DNA of 64,000 bases, from NCBI GenBank assembly GCA_030390025.1, contig JASTWF010000033.1:3164001-3228000 (forward strand), given 5' to 3'. Source of the DNA: Squalus acanthias. Taxonomy: Eukaryota. Below, piece after piece: positions 50,920 to 64,000 of the stretch. Within the stretch, counting starts at the first letter, position 1. Every line of letters begins with the position of its first letter. A program made the translations under genes and the position numbers. The notes under the pieces were generated by a model, which made no database searches, was not told the origin of the DNA, and was given only the letters and a program-made list of their open reading frames with translations.

Positions 50920-52230
50920 CAGTAGAAAAACATGTGGAAACAGAAAACGTGATAAAGAATAGTCAGAACGGATTTCAAAAGGGAAGGTCATGCGTGACCA
51001 ACCTTCTTCAATTCTGTGAAGTAGTAACAAAGAGAAGACAAGGACAATACAGTAGATGTAATAGATTTGGACTTTCAAAAGGCCTTCGATAAGGTACCGC
51101 ATCATAGACTCATGACTATGGTCAGAGCATATGGAGTCAGGGGACCGGTAGCAGAATGGATAGCGCGCTGGCTGCACAACAGAAAACAGAGAGTCGGGGT
51201 TAAGGGGAGCTCCCCAGACTGGAAAATGTTGGGAATTGGTTTTCCAGAAGGATCGGTGCTGGGACCACTGTTCACAATTTACATCAATGGTTTGGACTCG
51301 GGAATCGGAAATACAATTTCAAAATTTGTGGATGACACCAAATTGGGGGAGTCGAGTTAATACTGAGAAAGACTGTGACAAAATACAAGGGAACATTAAT
51401 AAACTCGCAGAATGGGCGTGTAATTGGCAAATTAATTTCAATATCGATAAGTAAGAGATTTCACATTTTGGTAGGAGGCCACATACTGCTTGGAAATTAA
51501 TAGTCTAACTGGGGCAGATGAGCAAAGGGATCTGGGGGTACCGAAACTCAAATCACTAAAAGTAGCAACGCAGGTTAATAAGGCCATAAAAAGCAAACCA
51601 AGCCCTTGAGTTCGTTTCTAAAGGGATAGAATTGAAAAGCAGACAAGGTATGTTAAACTTGTACTGAACCTTGGTTAGACCACATTTAACTTTAATTTTC
51701 ACAGTTCTGGTCTCCATATTATAAAAAGGATGGAGAGACACTGAAGAAGGTGCAAAAAAGATTTACAAAGATGATACCAAAACTGTGAGGTTATAATTAT
51801 CAGGAAAGGCAGAACAGGCCTCTAGAAAAGAGAAGGCTGAAGGGTGAGCTCAGAGTTCTGTAAGATTATGAAAGAGTTTGATAGGGTCGACGTGGACAGA
51901 TTCTTCCACTTGTGGGGAGAGACCAAAACTAGGCTCCAGAAATACAAGCTGGCCATTAATAAATCCCACAGGGAATTCAGGAGAAACTACTTTGCCCAGA
52001 GAGTGGTTAGAATGTGGAACTCGCTACCACAAGGAGTAGTTGAGGCGAACAGCACAGGCGCGTTTGAGGGGAAGCTTGATAAGCACCTGAGGGTGAAAGG
52101 AATAGAAGGAGATGCTAAAAGGTCAGGTGAAGAGGGCTGGGAGGAGGCTGGTGTCAATCACAAACACCGCTATAGGTCAGAGAGACCCAATGGCCTGTTT
52201 CTGTGCTGTAAATTCAATGTAATTCAGTGC
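50920..52230 (+). mobile_element. Old CR1 fragment
   Basis: DFQKAFDKVPH, FVDDTKL, QRVVRMWNSLP. Confidence 0.88.
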
Positions 52231-53436
52231 AAAAGTGCGATAGGAATATATGACAATAACTATAATAAAAAAGACTTGTATTTCTATAGCGCCTTTCATG
52301 ACCACCAGACGTCTCCTAGCGCATGACAGCAAATGAAGTACTTTTGAAGTGGAGTCACTGTTGTAATAGAACATAGAACATAGAACATAGAACAGTACAG
52401 CACAGTACAGGCCCTTCGGCCCTCGATGTTGTGCCGAGCATTGTCCGAGACCAAGATCAAGCTATCCCACTCCCTATCACTCTGGTGTGCTCCATGTGCT
52501 TATCCAATAACCGCTTGAAAGTTCCTAAAGTGTCCGACTCCACTATCATAGCAGGCAGTCCATTCCACACCCCAACCACTCTCTGAGTAAAGAATCTACC
52601 TCGGACATCCCTTCTATATCTCCCCCCATGCACCTTATAGTTATGCCCCCTTGTAACAGCTGCCTCTACCCGAGGAAATAGTCTCTGAACATCCACTCTA
52701 TCTATCCCCCTCATCATCTTATAAACCTCTATTAAGTCGCCTCTCATCCTCCTCCGCTCTAAAGAGAAAAGCCCTAACTCCCTCAATCTTTCCTCATAAG
52801 ACCTCCCCCCCAAACCAGGCAGCATCCTGGTAAATCTCCTTTGCACTCTTTCCAATGCTTCCACGTCCTTCCTATAGTGAGGTGACCAGAACTGCACACA
52901 ATATTCCAAATGTGGTCTCACCAAGGTCCTGTACAGTTGCAGCATAACCTCACGGTTCTTAAACTCAAACCCCCTGTTAATAAACGCCAACACACCATAG
53001 GCCTTCTTTACTGCTCTATCCACTTGAGTGGCAACCTGCAGAGATCTGTGGATATGAACCCCCAGATCCCTCTGCTCCTCCACGTTCCTCAGAACCCTGC
53101 CGTTGACCCTGTAATCCTTATTCAAATTTGCCCTACCAAAATGAATCACCTCGCACTTATCAGGGTTAAATTCCATCTGCCATTTTTCGGCCCAGCTCTG
53201 CATCCTATCAATGTCTCTTTGCAGCCTACAACAGCCCTCCACCTCATCCACTACTCCACCAATCTTGGTGTCATCAGCAAATTTATTGATCCACCCTTCA
53301 GTCCCCTCCTCCAAGTCATTGATAAAAATCACAAACAGCAGAGGACCCAGCACCGACCCCTGTGGCACACCGCTGGTAACTGGTCTCCAGTCCGAAAATG
53401 TTCCATCCACCACCACCCTCTGCCTTCTATGAGATA

Positions 53437-53527
53437 AAATTGAGAGGTCGCACAACACCAGGTTATAGTCCAACAGTTTTATTTGAAATCACAAGCTTTC
53501 GGAGCTATCTGTCGCCCCTTCCTCAGG
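53437..53527 (-). mobile_element. 91-bp Penelope family A insertion (hammerhead plus pLTR end) in the young CR1
   Basis: Absent from the twin CR1 (63610 region); TSD tgagata (53430-53436 / 53528-53534). Confidence 0.9.
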
Positions 53528-53529
53528 TG
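53490..53529 (-). ncRNA. Minimal hammerhead ribozyme motif
   Basis: CAC-CTGAGGA-A-GGGGC gacagata GCTCC-GAAA-GC-TT-GTG. Confidence 0.78.
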
Positions 53530-54639
53530 AGATAGCCAGTTACTTATCCAATCGGCCAAATCTCCCTCTATCCCACAACTCCTTACTTTCTTCATGAGCC
53601 GACCATGGGGAACCTTATCAAACACCTTACTAAAATCCATGTATACGACATCAACTGCTCTACCTTCATCTACACACTTAGTTACCTCCTCAAAGAATTC
53701 AATCAAATTTGTTAGGCAAGACTTACCCTTCACGAATCCGTGTTGACTATCCCTGATTAAGTTGCCTCGTTCCAAGTGGTCATAAATCCTATCCCTCAGG
53801 ACCTTTTCCATTATCTTACCAACAACCGAAGTAAGACTAACCGGCCTATAATTACCAGGGTCATTCCTATTTCCTTTCTTGAAGAGAGGAACAACATTCG
53901 CCACTCTCCAGTCCTCTGGCACCATCCCCGTGGACAGTGAGGACCCAAAGATCAAAGCCATAATGTGGGAAACACGGCAGCCAAATTGCACACAGCAAGC
54001 TCCCACAAACAGCAATGTGATAAGGACCAGATAATCTGTTTTTGTTATGTTGGTTGAGGGATAAATATTGGCCAGGACACCGGGGATAACTCCCCTGCTC
54101 TTCTTCGAAATAGTGCCATGGGATCTTTTACATCCACCTGAGAGCGCAGACGGGACCTCGGTTTAACGTCTCATCTGAAAGACGGAACCTTCGACAGTGC
54201 AGCACTCCCTCAGCACAGCACTGGTGTGTCAGCTTAGCTTTATGTGCTCAAGTCCCTGGAGTGGGACTTGAACCCACAACCTTCTGACTCAGTGCTACCC
54301 ACTGAGCCACACCTGACACCTCAACCTAATGACAATAGGGATATATGAAATATCCTCAATAAATCCAACATTAATTGACGACTGCGGAAATACTTCAGAC
54401 ATGTAATTGTTTGAATGTAACAAGAGTCTGTGTGTACAACAGAAAAGGCAGAGAGTTTGTGTGAGAGAGAAATGGGAAGACAATATTTTAGAGGGAAGGA
54501 GGGGACAAGAAGGGACAGAGAGCCTGTGTTTCAGAGCAAAGGGAAAACAAGTCAGGATGTCTGAGAGGGGAGGTGGAAAATCAGAGTCTGTGCAAGAGAT
54601 GGGAGAGAGAATCTGAGTCTAAAAGAGGGGATGCAGAGC

Positions 54640-57600
54640 CTGATAGTGAGAGATACAGAGGTAGTCTGTGTGCGAGAGAGAGTGTGCGAGAGAGGGAGTG
54701 TGCGAGTGAGGGAGTGTGAGAGAGAGTGAGTGTGCGAGAGAGAGAGTGTGTAAGAGAGGGAGTGAGTGAGAGAGGGAGTGAGTGAGAGAGGGAGTGAGTG
54801 AGAGAGGGTGTGTCTGAGAGAGTGCGAGACCGTGAGAGATAGCGAGTCCGTGAGAGAGAGCGAGTCCATGAGAGAGAGAGTGTGTGAGAGAGTGAGTCTG
54901 AGAGTGAGAGTGTGTGAGAGAGTGAGTCTGAGAGAGCCAGTGTGTGAGAGAGTGAGTCTCAGAGTGACAGTGTGTGAGAGAGTGTGTGAGAGCGTGAATC
55001 TGAGAAACAGTGTGTGAGAGAGTGAGTCTGACAGACAGTGTGTGAGAGAGAGTGAGTCTGAGAGAGACAGTGTGCGAGAAAGAGAGAGTGTGTGACAGAG
55101 TCTGAGAGACACAGTGTGTGAGAGAGTGAGTGAGTCTGAGACAGTGTTTGAGAGAGTGAGTCTGACATAGACAGTGTGTGAGAGAAAGCCTGAGACAGTG
55201 TGTGAGAGAGAGAGTCTGAGGGACAGTGTGTGAGATAGTGAGTCTTTGAGACAGTTTGTGAGGGAGTGAGTCTGAGAGAGATAGTGTGTGAGAGAGTGAC
55301 TCTGAGAGAGACAGTGTGTGAGAGAGTGAGTCTGAGAGAGACAGTGTGTGAGAGAGTGAGTCTGAGAGAGACAGTTTGCGAGAGAATGAGTCTGAAAGAC
55401 AGTGTGTGAGAGAGTGAGTCTCAGAGAGACAGTGTGTGAGAGAGTGAGTCGGAGAGAGACAGTGTGTGAGAGAGTGAGTCTGAGAGAGACAGTGTGTGAG
55501 AGAGTGAGTCTGAGAGAGACAGTGTGTTAGAGATTGAGTCTGAGAGAGAAGGTTTTTTTGAGAGAGTGAGTCTGAGAGAGACAGTGTGTGAGAGAGGGAG
55601 TCTGAGAGAGACGGTTTGTAAGAGAGTGAGTCTGAGAGAGAGTGTGTGAGAGGGTGAGTTTGAGACAGACAGTGTGTGAGAGACACAGTGTGAGAGTGAT
55701 TCTGAGAGAGATGGTGTGTGTGAGAGTGAGTCTGAGAGAGATGGTGGGTGAGAGAGTGAGTCTGAGAGAGACAGTGTGAGGGAGAGAGAGTCTGAGAGAG
55801 ACACTGTGAGAGAGTGAGTCTGAGAGAGACAGTGTGTGAGAAAGTGAGTCGTAGAGAGATAGTGTGTGAGAGTCTGAGACAGACAGTGTGTGTGAGAGAG
55901 AGAGTCTGAGAGAGACAGTGTATGAGAGAGAGAGTCTGAGAGAGACAGTGTGTGAGAGAGTGAGTCTGAAAGACAGTGTGTGAGAGAGTGAGTCTCAGAG
56001 AGACAGTGTGTGAGAGAGTGAGTCTGAGATAGACAGTGTGTGAGAGAGTGGGTCTGAGAGAGACAGTGTGTGAGAGAGTGAGTCTGAGAGAGACAGTGTG
56101 TGAGAGAGTGGGTCTGAGAGAGACAGTGTGTGAGAGAGTGAGTCTGAGAGAGACAGTGTGTGAGAGAGTGAGTCTGAGAGAGACAGTGTGTGAGAGATTG
56201 AGTCTGAGAGAGAAGGTTTTTTTGAGAGAGTGAGTCTGAGAGAGACAGTGTGTGAGAGAGGGAGTCTGAGAGAGAAGGTGTGTAAGAGAGTGAGTCTGAG
56301 AGAGAGTGTGTGAGAGGGTGAGTTTGAGAGAGACAGTGTGTGAGAGACACAGTGTGAGAGTGATTCTGAGAGAGATGGTGTGTGAGAGAGTGAGTCTGAG
56401 AGAGACAGTGTGTGAGAGAGAGAGTCTGAGAGTGACAGTGTGTGAGAGAGTGTGTGAGAGCGTGAATCTGAGAAACAGTGTGTGAGAGAGTGAGTCTGAC
56501 AGACAGTGTGTGAGAGAGAGTGAGTCTGAGAGAGACAGTGTGTGAGAGAGTGAGTCTGAGAGATACAGTGTGTGAGAGAGTGAGTTTGAGAGAGAGAGTG
56601 TGTGAGAGAGTGAGTCTGAGAGAGCCAGTGTGTGAGAGAGTGAGTCTCAGAGTGACAGTGTGTGAGAGAGTGTGTGAGAGCTTGAATCTGAGAAAAAGTG
56701 CGTGAGAGAGTGAGTCTGACAGACAGTGTGTGAGAGAGAGTGAGTCTGAGAGAGACAGTGTGCGAGAAAGAGAGAGTGTGTGACACAGTCTGAGAGACAC
56801 AGTGTGTGAGAGAGTGAGTGAGTCTGAGACAGAGTTTGAGAGAGTGAGTCTGAGAGAGCGTGCGTGAGAGCGTAAATCTGAGAGACAGTGTGTGAGAGAG
56901 TGAGTCTGAGAGAGACAGTGTGTGAGAGAGTGAGTCTGAGAGACACAGGGTGTGAGAGAGTGAGTGAGTCTGAGACACTGTTTGAGAGAGTGAGTCTGAG
57001 AGAGACAGTGTGTGAGAGTGCGAGTCTGAGTGACAGTGTGTGAGATAGTGAGCCTTTGAGACAGTTTGTGAGGGAGTGAGTCTGAGAGAGATAGTGTGTG
57101 AGAGAGTGACTCTGAGAGAGACAGTGTGTGAGAGAGTGAGTCTGAGAGAGACAGTGTGTGAGAGAGTGTGTCTGAGAGATACAGTGTGTGAGAGAGTGAG
57201 TTTGAGAGAGACAGTGTGTGAGAGAGTGAGTCTGAAAGACAGTGTGTCAGAGAGTGAGTCTGAGAGAGATAGTGTGTGAGAGAGTGACTCTGAGAGAGAC
57301 AGTGTGTGAGAGAGTGAGTCTGAGAGAGACAGTGTGTGAGAGAGTGAGTCTGAGAGAGACAGTGTGTGAGAGAGTGAGTCTGAAAGGCAGTGTGTGAGAG
57401 AGTGAGTCTCAGAGATACAGTGTGTGAGAGAGTGAGTCTCAGAGAGACAGTGTGTGAGAGATTGAGTCTGAGAGAGAAGGTTTTTTTGAGAGAGTGAGTC
57501 TGAGAGAGACAGTGTGTGAGAGAGGGAGTCTGAGAGAGACGGTGTGTAAGAGAGTGAGTCTGAGAGAGACAGTGTGTGAGAGAGTGAGTCTGAGAGAGAC

Positions 57601-60600
57601 AGTGTGTGAGAGAGAGAGTCTGAGAGAGACAATGTGTGAGAGAGAGTGATTCTGACAGAGACAGTGTGTGTGAGAGAGAGAGTCTGAGAGAGACAGCGTG
57701 TGAGAGAGAGAGTCTGAGAGAGACAGTGTGTGAGATAGTGAGTCTGAGAGAGACAGTGTGTGAGAGAGTGAGTCGGAGAGAGACAGTGTGTGAGAGAGTG
57801 AGTCTGAGAGAGTCAGTGTGTGAGAGAGTGAGTCTGAGAGAGACAGTGTGTGAGAGAGTGAGTCTGAGAGAGACAGTTTGTGAGAGAGTGAGTCTGAGAG
57901 AGACAGTGTGTGAGAGAGTGAGTCTGAGAGAGACAGTGTGTGAGAGATTGAGTCTGAGAGAGACGGTGTGTAAGAGAGTGAGTCTGAGAGAGAGTGTGTG
58001 AGAGGGTGAGTTTGAGACAGACAGTGTGTGAGAGACACAGTGTGAGAGTGATTCTGAGAGAGATGGTGAGTGTGAGAGTGAGTCTGAGAGAGATGGTGGG
58101 TGAGAGAGTGAGTCTGAGAGAGACACTGTGAGAGAGTGAGTCTGAGAGAGACAGCGTGTTAGAAAGAGAGTCGGAGAGAGATAGTGTGTGAGAGTCTGAG
58201 AGAGACAGTGTGTGAGAGAGTGAGTCTGAGAGATACAGTGTGTGAGAGAGTGAGTTGAGAGAGAGAGTGCGTGAGAGAGTGAGTCTGAGAGAGCCAGTGT
58301 GTGAGAGAGTGAGTCTCAGAGTGACAGTGTGTGAGAGAGTGTGTGAGAGCGTGAATCTGAGAAACAGTGTGTGAGAGAGTGAGTCTAACAGACAGTGTGT
58401 GAGAGAGAGTGAGCCTGAGAGAGACAGTGTGCGAGAAAGAGAGAGTGTGTGACAGAGTCTGAGAGACACAGTGTGTGAGAGAGTGAGTGAGTCTGAGACA
58501 GTGTTTGAGAGAGTGAGTCTGAGAGAGCGTGCGTGAGAGCGTAAATCTGAGAGACAGTGTGTGAGAGAGTGAGTCTGAGATAGACAGTGTGTGAGAAAGC
58601 CTGAGACAGTGTGTGAGAGAGTGAGTCAGAGAGAGACAGTGTGTGAGAGAGCGAATCTGAGGGACAGTGTGTGAGATAGTGAGTCTTTGAGACAGTTTGT
58701 GAGGGAGTGAGTCTGAGAGAGATAGTGTGTGAGAGAGTGACTCTGAGAGAGACCGTGTGTGAGAGAGTGAGTCTGAGAGAGACAGTGTGTGAGAGAGTGA
58801 GTCTGAAAGACAGTGTGTGAGAGAGTGAGTCTCAGAGAGACAGTGTGTGAGAGAGAGTGAGTCTGAGAGAGACAATGTGTGAGAGAGAGTGAGTCTGACA
58901 GAGACAGTGTGTGTGAGAGAGAGAGTCTGAGAGAGACAGTGTGTGAGAGAGAGAGTCTGAGAGAGACAGTGTGTGAGAGAGTGAGTCTGAGAGAGACAGT
59001 GTGTGAGAGAGTGAGTCGGAGAGAGACAGTGTGTGAGAGAGTGAGTCTGAGAGAGACAGTGTGTGAGAGAGTGAGTCTGAGAGAGACAGTGTGTGAGAGA
59101 GTGAGTCTGAGAGAGACAGTGTGTGAGAGAGTGAGTCTGAAAGGCAGTGTGTGAGAGAGTGAGTCTCAGAGATACAGTGTGTGAGAGAGTGAGTCTCAGA
59201 GAGACAGTGTGTGAGAGATTGAGTCTGAGAGAGAAGGTTTTTTTGAGAGAGTGAGTCTGAGAGAGACAGTGTGTGAGAGAGGGAGTCTGAGAGAGACGGT
59301 GTGTAAGAGAGTGAGTCTGAGAGAGACAGTGTGTGAGAGAGTGAGTCTGAGAGAGACAGTGTGTGAGAGAGAGAGTCTGAGAGAGACAATGTGTGAGAGA
59401 GAGTGAGTCTGACAGAGACAGTGTGTGTGAGAGAGAGAGTCTGAGAGAGACAGTGTGTGAGAGAGAGAGTCTGAGAGAGACAGTGTGTGAGATAGTGAGT
59501 CTGAGAGAGACAGTGTGTGAGAGAGTGAGTCGGAGAGAGACAGTGTGTGAGAGAGTGAGTCTGAGAGAGTCAGTGTGTGAGAGAGTGAGTCTGAGAGAAA
59601 CAGTGTGTGAGAGAGTGAGTCTGAGAGAGACAGTGTGTGAGAGAGTGAGTCTGAGAGAGACAGTGTGTGAGAGAGTGAGTCTGAGAGAGACAGTGTGTGA
59701 GAGATTGAGTCTGAGAGAGACGGTGTGTAAGAGAGTGAGTCTGAGAGAGAGTGTGTGAGAGGGTGAGTTTGAGACAGACAGTGTGTGAGAGACACAGTGT
59801 GAGAGTGATTCTGAGAGAGATGGTGAGTGTGAGAGTGAGTCTGAGAGAGATGGTGGGTGAGAGAGTGAGTCTGAGAGAGACAGTGTGAGAGAGAGAGAGT
59901 CTGAGAGAGACACTGTGAGAGAGTGAGTCTGAGAGAGACAGTGTGTTAGAAAGTGAGTCGGAGAGAGATAGTGTGTGAGAGTCTGAGAGAGACAGTGTGT
60001 GAGAGAGTGAGTCTGAGAGATACAGTGTGTGAGAGAGTGAGTTTGAGAGAGAGAGTGCGTGAGAGAGTGAGTCTGAGAGAGCCAGTGTGTGAGAGAGTGA
60101 GTCTCAGAGTGACAGTGTGAGAGAGAGTGAGTCTGAGAGATACAGTGTGTGAGAGAGTGAGTTTGAGAGAGACAGTGTGTGAGAGCGTGAATCTGAGAAA
60201 CAGTGTGTGAGAGAGTGAGTCTGACAGACAGTGTGTGAAAGAGAGTGAGCCTGAGAGAGACAGTGTGCGAGAAAGAGAGAGTGTGTGACAGAGTCTGAGA
60301 GACACAGTGTGTGAGAGAGTGAGTGAGTCTGAGACAGTGTTTGAGAGAGTGAGTCTGAGAGAGCGTGCGTGAGAGCGTAAATCTGAGAGACAGTGTGTGA
60401 GAGAGTGAGTCTGAGATAGACAGTGTGTGAGAAAGCCTGAGACAGTGTGTGAGAGAGTGAGTCAGAGAGAGACAGTATGTGAGAGAGCGTGTCTGAGGGA
60501 CAGTGTGTGAGATAGTGAGTCTTTGAGACAGTTTGTGAGGGAGTGAGTCTGAGAGAGATAGTGTGTGAGAGAGTGACTCTGAGAGAGACAGTGTGTGAGA

Positions 60601-62553
60601 GAGTGAGTCTGAGAGAGACAATGTGTGAGAGAGTGAGTCTGAGAGAGACAGTGTGTGAGAGAGTGAGTCTGAAAGACAGTGTGTGAGAGAGTGAGTCTCA
60701 GAGAGACAGTGTGTGAGAGAGAGTGAGTCTGAGAGAGACAATGTGTGAGAGAGAGTGAGTCTGACAGAGACAGTGTGTGTGAGAGAGAGAGTCTGAGAGA
60801 GACAGTGTGTGAGAGAGAGAGTCTGAGAGAGACAGTGTGTGAGAGATTGAGTCTGAGAGAGACAGTGTGTGAGAGAGTGAGTCGGAGAGAGACAGTGTGT
60901 GAGAGAGTGAGTCTGAGAGAGACAGTGTGTGAGAGAGTGAGTCTGAGAGAGACAGTGTGTGAGAGAGTGAGTCTGAGAGAGACAGTGTGTGAGAGATTGA
61001 GTCTGAGAGAGAAGGTTTTTTTGAGCGAGTGAGTCTGAGAGAGACAGTGTGTAAGAGAGGGAGTCTGAGAGAGTAGGTGTGTAAGAGAGTGAGTCTGAGA
61101 GAGAGTGTGTGAGAGGGTGAGTTTGAGACAGACAGTGTGTGAGAGACACAGTGTGAGAGTGATGCTGAGAGAGATGGTGTGTGTGAGAGTGAGTCTGAGA
61201 GAGATGGTGGGTGAGAGAGTGAGTCTGAGAGAGACAGTGTGTGAGAGAGAGAGCCTGAGAGTGACAGTGTGTGAGAGAGTGTGTGAGAGCGTGAATCTGA
61301 GAAACAGTGTGTGAGAGAGTGAGTATGACAGACAGTGTGTGAGAGAGAGTGAGTCTGAGAGAGACAGTGTGAGAGAGAGAGAGTCTGAGAGAGACACTGT
61401 GAGAGAGTGAGTCTGAGAGAGACAGTGTGTGAGAAAGTAAGTCGGAGAGAGATAGTGTGTGAGAGTCTGAGAGAGACAGTGTGTGTGAGAGAGTGAGTTT
61501 GAGAGAGACAGTGTGTGAGAGAGTGAGTCTGAGAGATACAGTGCGTGAGAGAGTGAGTTTGAGAGAGAGAGTGTGTGAGAGAGTGAGTCTGAGAGAGCCA
61601 GTGTGTGAGAGAGTGAGTCTCAGAGTGACAGTGTGTGAGAGAGTGTGAGCGTGAATCTGAGAAACAGTGTGTGAGAGAGTGAGTCTGAGAGAGACAGTGT
61701 GCGAGAAAGAGAGAGTGTGTGACAGAGTCTGAGAGACACAGTGTGTGAGAGAGTGAGTGAGTCTGAGACAGTGTTTGAGAGAGAGTCTGAGAGAGTGTGC
61801 GTGAGAGCGTAAATCTGCGACAGTGTGTGAGAGAGTGAGTCTGAGATAGACAGTGTGTGAGAGAAAGCCTGAGACAGTGTGTGAGAGAGTGAGTCAGAGA
61901 GAGACAGTGTGTGAGAGAGTGAGTCTGAGAGAGACTGTGTGTGAGAGAGTGAGTCTGAGGGACAGTGTGTGAGATAGTGAGTCTTTGAGACAGTTTGTGA
62001 GGGAGTGAGTCTGAGAGAGATAGTGTGTGAGAGAGTGACTCTGAGAGAGACAGTGTGTGAGAGAGTGAGTCTGAGAGAGACAGTGTGTGAGAGAGTGAGT
62101 CTGAGAGAGACTGTGTGTGAGAGAGTGAGTCTGAAAGACAGTGTGTGAGAGAGTGAGTCTCAGAGAGACAGTGTGTGAGAGAGAGTGAGTCTGAGAGAGA
62201 CAATGTGTGAGAGAGAGTGAGTCTGACAGAGACAGTGTGTGTGAGAGAGAGAGTCTGAGAGAGACAGTGTGTGAGAGAGAGAGTCTGGGAGAGGCAGTGT
62301 GTGAGAGAGTGAGTCTGAGAGAGACAGTGTGTGAGAGTCTGAGAGAGACAGTGTTTGAGAGAGTGAATCTGAGAGAGACAGTGTTTGAGAGAGTGAATCT
62401 GAGAGAGACAGTTTGAGAGAGAATCTGAGAGAGACAGTGTGAGAGAGTCTGAGAGAGACAGTGTGTGAGAGAGTCTGAGAGAGATAGTGTGTGAGTCTGA
62501 GAGAGATAGTGTGTGAGTCTGAGCGAGACAGTGTGTGAGAGTCTGAGAGAGAC
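54640..62553. repeat. ~8-kb 30-bp GA/GT-rich satellite (gagagagtgagtctgagagagacagtgtgt)n
   Basis: Direct tandem units; 10-aa periodicity in spurious ORFs. Confidence 0.97.
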
Positions 62554-64000
62554 ATAGAACATAGATCATAGAACAGTACAGCACAGTACAGGCCCTTCGG
62601 CCCACGATGTTGTGCCGAGCATTGTCCGAAACCAAGATCAAGCTATCCCACTCCCTATCACTCTGGTGTGCTCCATGTGCTTATCCAATAACCGCTTGAA
62701 AGTTCCTAAAGTGTCCGACTCCACTATCACAGCAGGCAGTCCATTCCACACCCCAACCACTCTCTGATTAAAGAATCTACCTCGGACATCCCTTCTATAT
62801 CTCCCCCCATGCACCTTATAGTTATGCCCCCTTGTAACAGCTGCCTCTACCCGAGGAAATAGTCTCTGAACATCCACTCTATCTATCCCCCTCATCATCT
62901 TATAAACCTCTATTAAGTCGCCTCTCATCCTCCTCCGCTCTAAAGAGAAAAGCCCTAACTCCCTCAATCTTTCCTCATAAGACCTCCCCCCCAAACCAGG
63001 CAGCATCCTGGTAAATCTCCTTTGCACTCTTTCCAATGCTTCCACGTCCTTCCTATAGTGAGGTGACCAGAACTGCACACAATATTCCAAATGTGGTCTC
63101 ACCAAGGTCCTGTACAGTTGCAGCATAACCTCACGGTTCTTAAACTCAAACCCCCTGTTAATAAACGCCAACACACCATAGGCCTTCTTTACTGCTCTGT
63201 CCACTTGAGTGGCAACCTTCAGAGATCTGTGGATATGAACCCCCAGATCCCTCTGCTCCTCCACGTTCCTCAGAATCCTGCCGTTGACCCTGTAATCCTT
63301 ATTCAAATTTGCCCTACCAAAATGAATCACCTCGCACTTATCAGGGTTAAATTCCATCTGCCATTTTTCGGCCCAGCTCTGCATCCTATCAATGTCTCTT
63401 TGCAGCCTATAACAGCCCTCCACCTCATCCACTACTCCACCAATCTTGGTGTCATCAGCAAATTTACTGATCCACCCTTCAGTCCCCTCCTCCAAGTCAT
63501 TGATAAAAATCACAAACAGCAGAGGACCCTGCACCGACTCCTGTGGCACACCGCTGGTAACTGGTCTCCAGTCCGAAAATTTTCCATCCACCACCACCCT
63601 CTGCCTTCTATGAGATAGCCAGTTACTTATCCAATCGGCCAAATTTCCCTCTATCCCACAACTCCTTACTTTCTTCATGAGCCGACCATTGGGAACCTTA
63701 TCAAACACCTTACTAAAATCCCTGTATACGACATCAACTGCTCTACCTTCATCTACATACTTAGTTACCTCCTCAAAGAGTTCAATCAAATTTGTTAGGC
63801 AAGACTTACCCTTAACGAATCTGTGTTGAGTATCCCTGATTAAGTTGTCTCTTTCCAAATGGTCATAAATCCTATCCCTCAGGACCTTTTCCATTATCTT
63901 ACCAACCACCGAAGTAAGACTAACCGGCCTATAATTACCAGGGTCATTCCTATTTCCTTTCTTGAAGAGAGGAACAACATTCGCCACTCTCCAGTCCTCT
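62554..64000 (-). mobile_element. Young CR1 LINE, open RT frame, runs off the window
   Basis: 449-aa ORF 62638-63987 with RT motifs; 3'UTR and catagaa tail. Confidence 0.95.

Larger units (their letters stand above)
52368..53960 (-). mobile_element. Young 5'-truncated CR1 LINE
   Basis: RT ORF 52457-53473; (catagaa)n tail; near-identical to 62554-64000. Confidence 0.95.
52262..54320 (-). mobile_element. Deu-domain SINE (SacSINE1-like), split by a CR1 into 52262-52367 and 53961-54320
   Basis: tRNA-like head (gtggctcagtgg, gggttcaagtccc on minus), Deu core, L2-like tail; the halves join at taat. Confidence 0.8.

Noticed and set aside
54552..62641. Very long ORFs (up to 996 aa) of Ser/Leu/His/Thr repeats
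   Set aside because: By-product of a stop-poor 30-bp repeat; open in several frames at once.
52368..64000. Segmental duplication explaining the twin CR1 copies
   Set aside because: Sequence flanking the 3' tails differs (SINE vs satellite), which favours independent insertions of one young subfamily.

Overview
Repeat-dominated vertebrate genomic DNA. The TE set (HE1-like V-SINE, Deu-domain SINE, abundant CR1, Penelope) and the receptor family point to a cartilaginous fish; this is inference. The only convincing host protein gene is a two-exon GPR139/GPR142-like orphan GPCR (33045-33114 + 36730-37631, +). The window also holds: a defective class I (gamma/epsilon-type) endogenous retrovirus (20140-25758, -) with a tRNA-Ser PBS and large pol/env deletions; a decayed tRNA cluster around the provirus (Arg-TCG with an intron, Ser-GCT, Glu); a PIF/Harbinger relic; more than ten CR1 and other LINE fragments; SINEs; and three large satellites (66, 43 and 30 bp units). 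The most interesting non-coding signal is a set of minimal type I hammerhead-ribozyme motifs carried by two Penelope-like families. They occur as a protein-coding copy, as short fold-back inserts and as a 91-bp near ribozyme-only insert, and the family A inserts have target-site duplications. TE boundaries are approximate and were read by eye.
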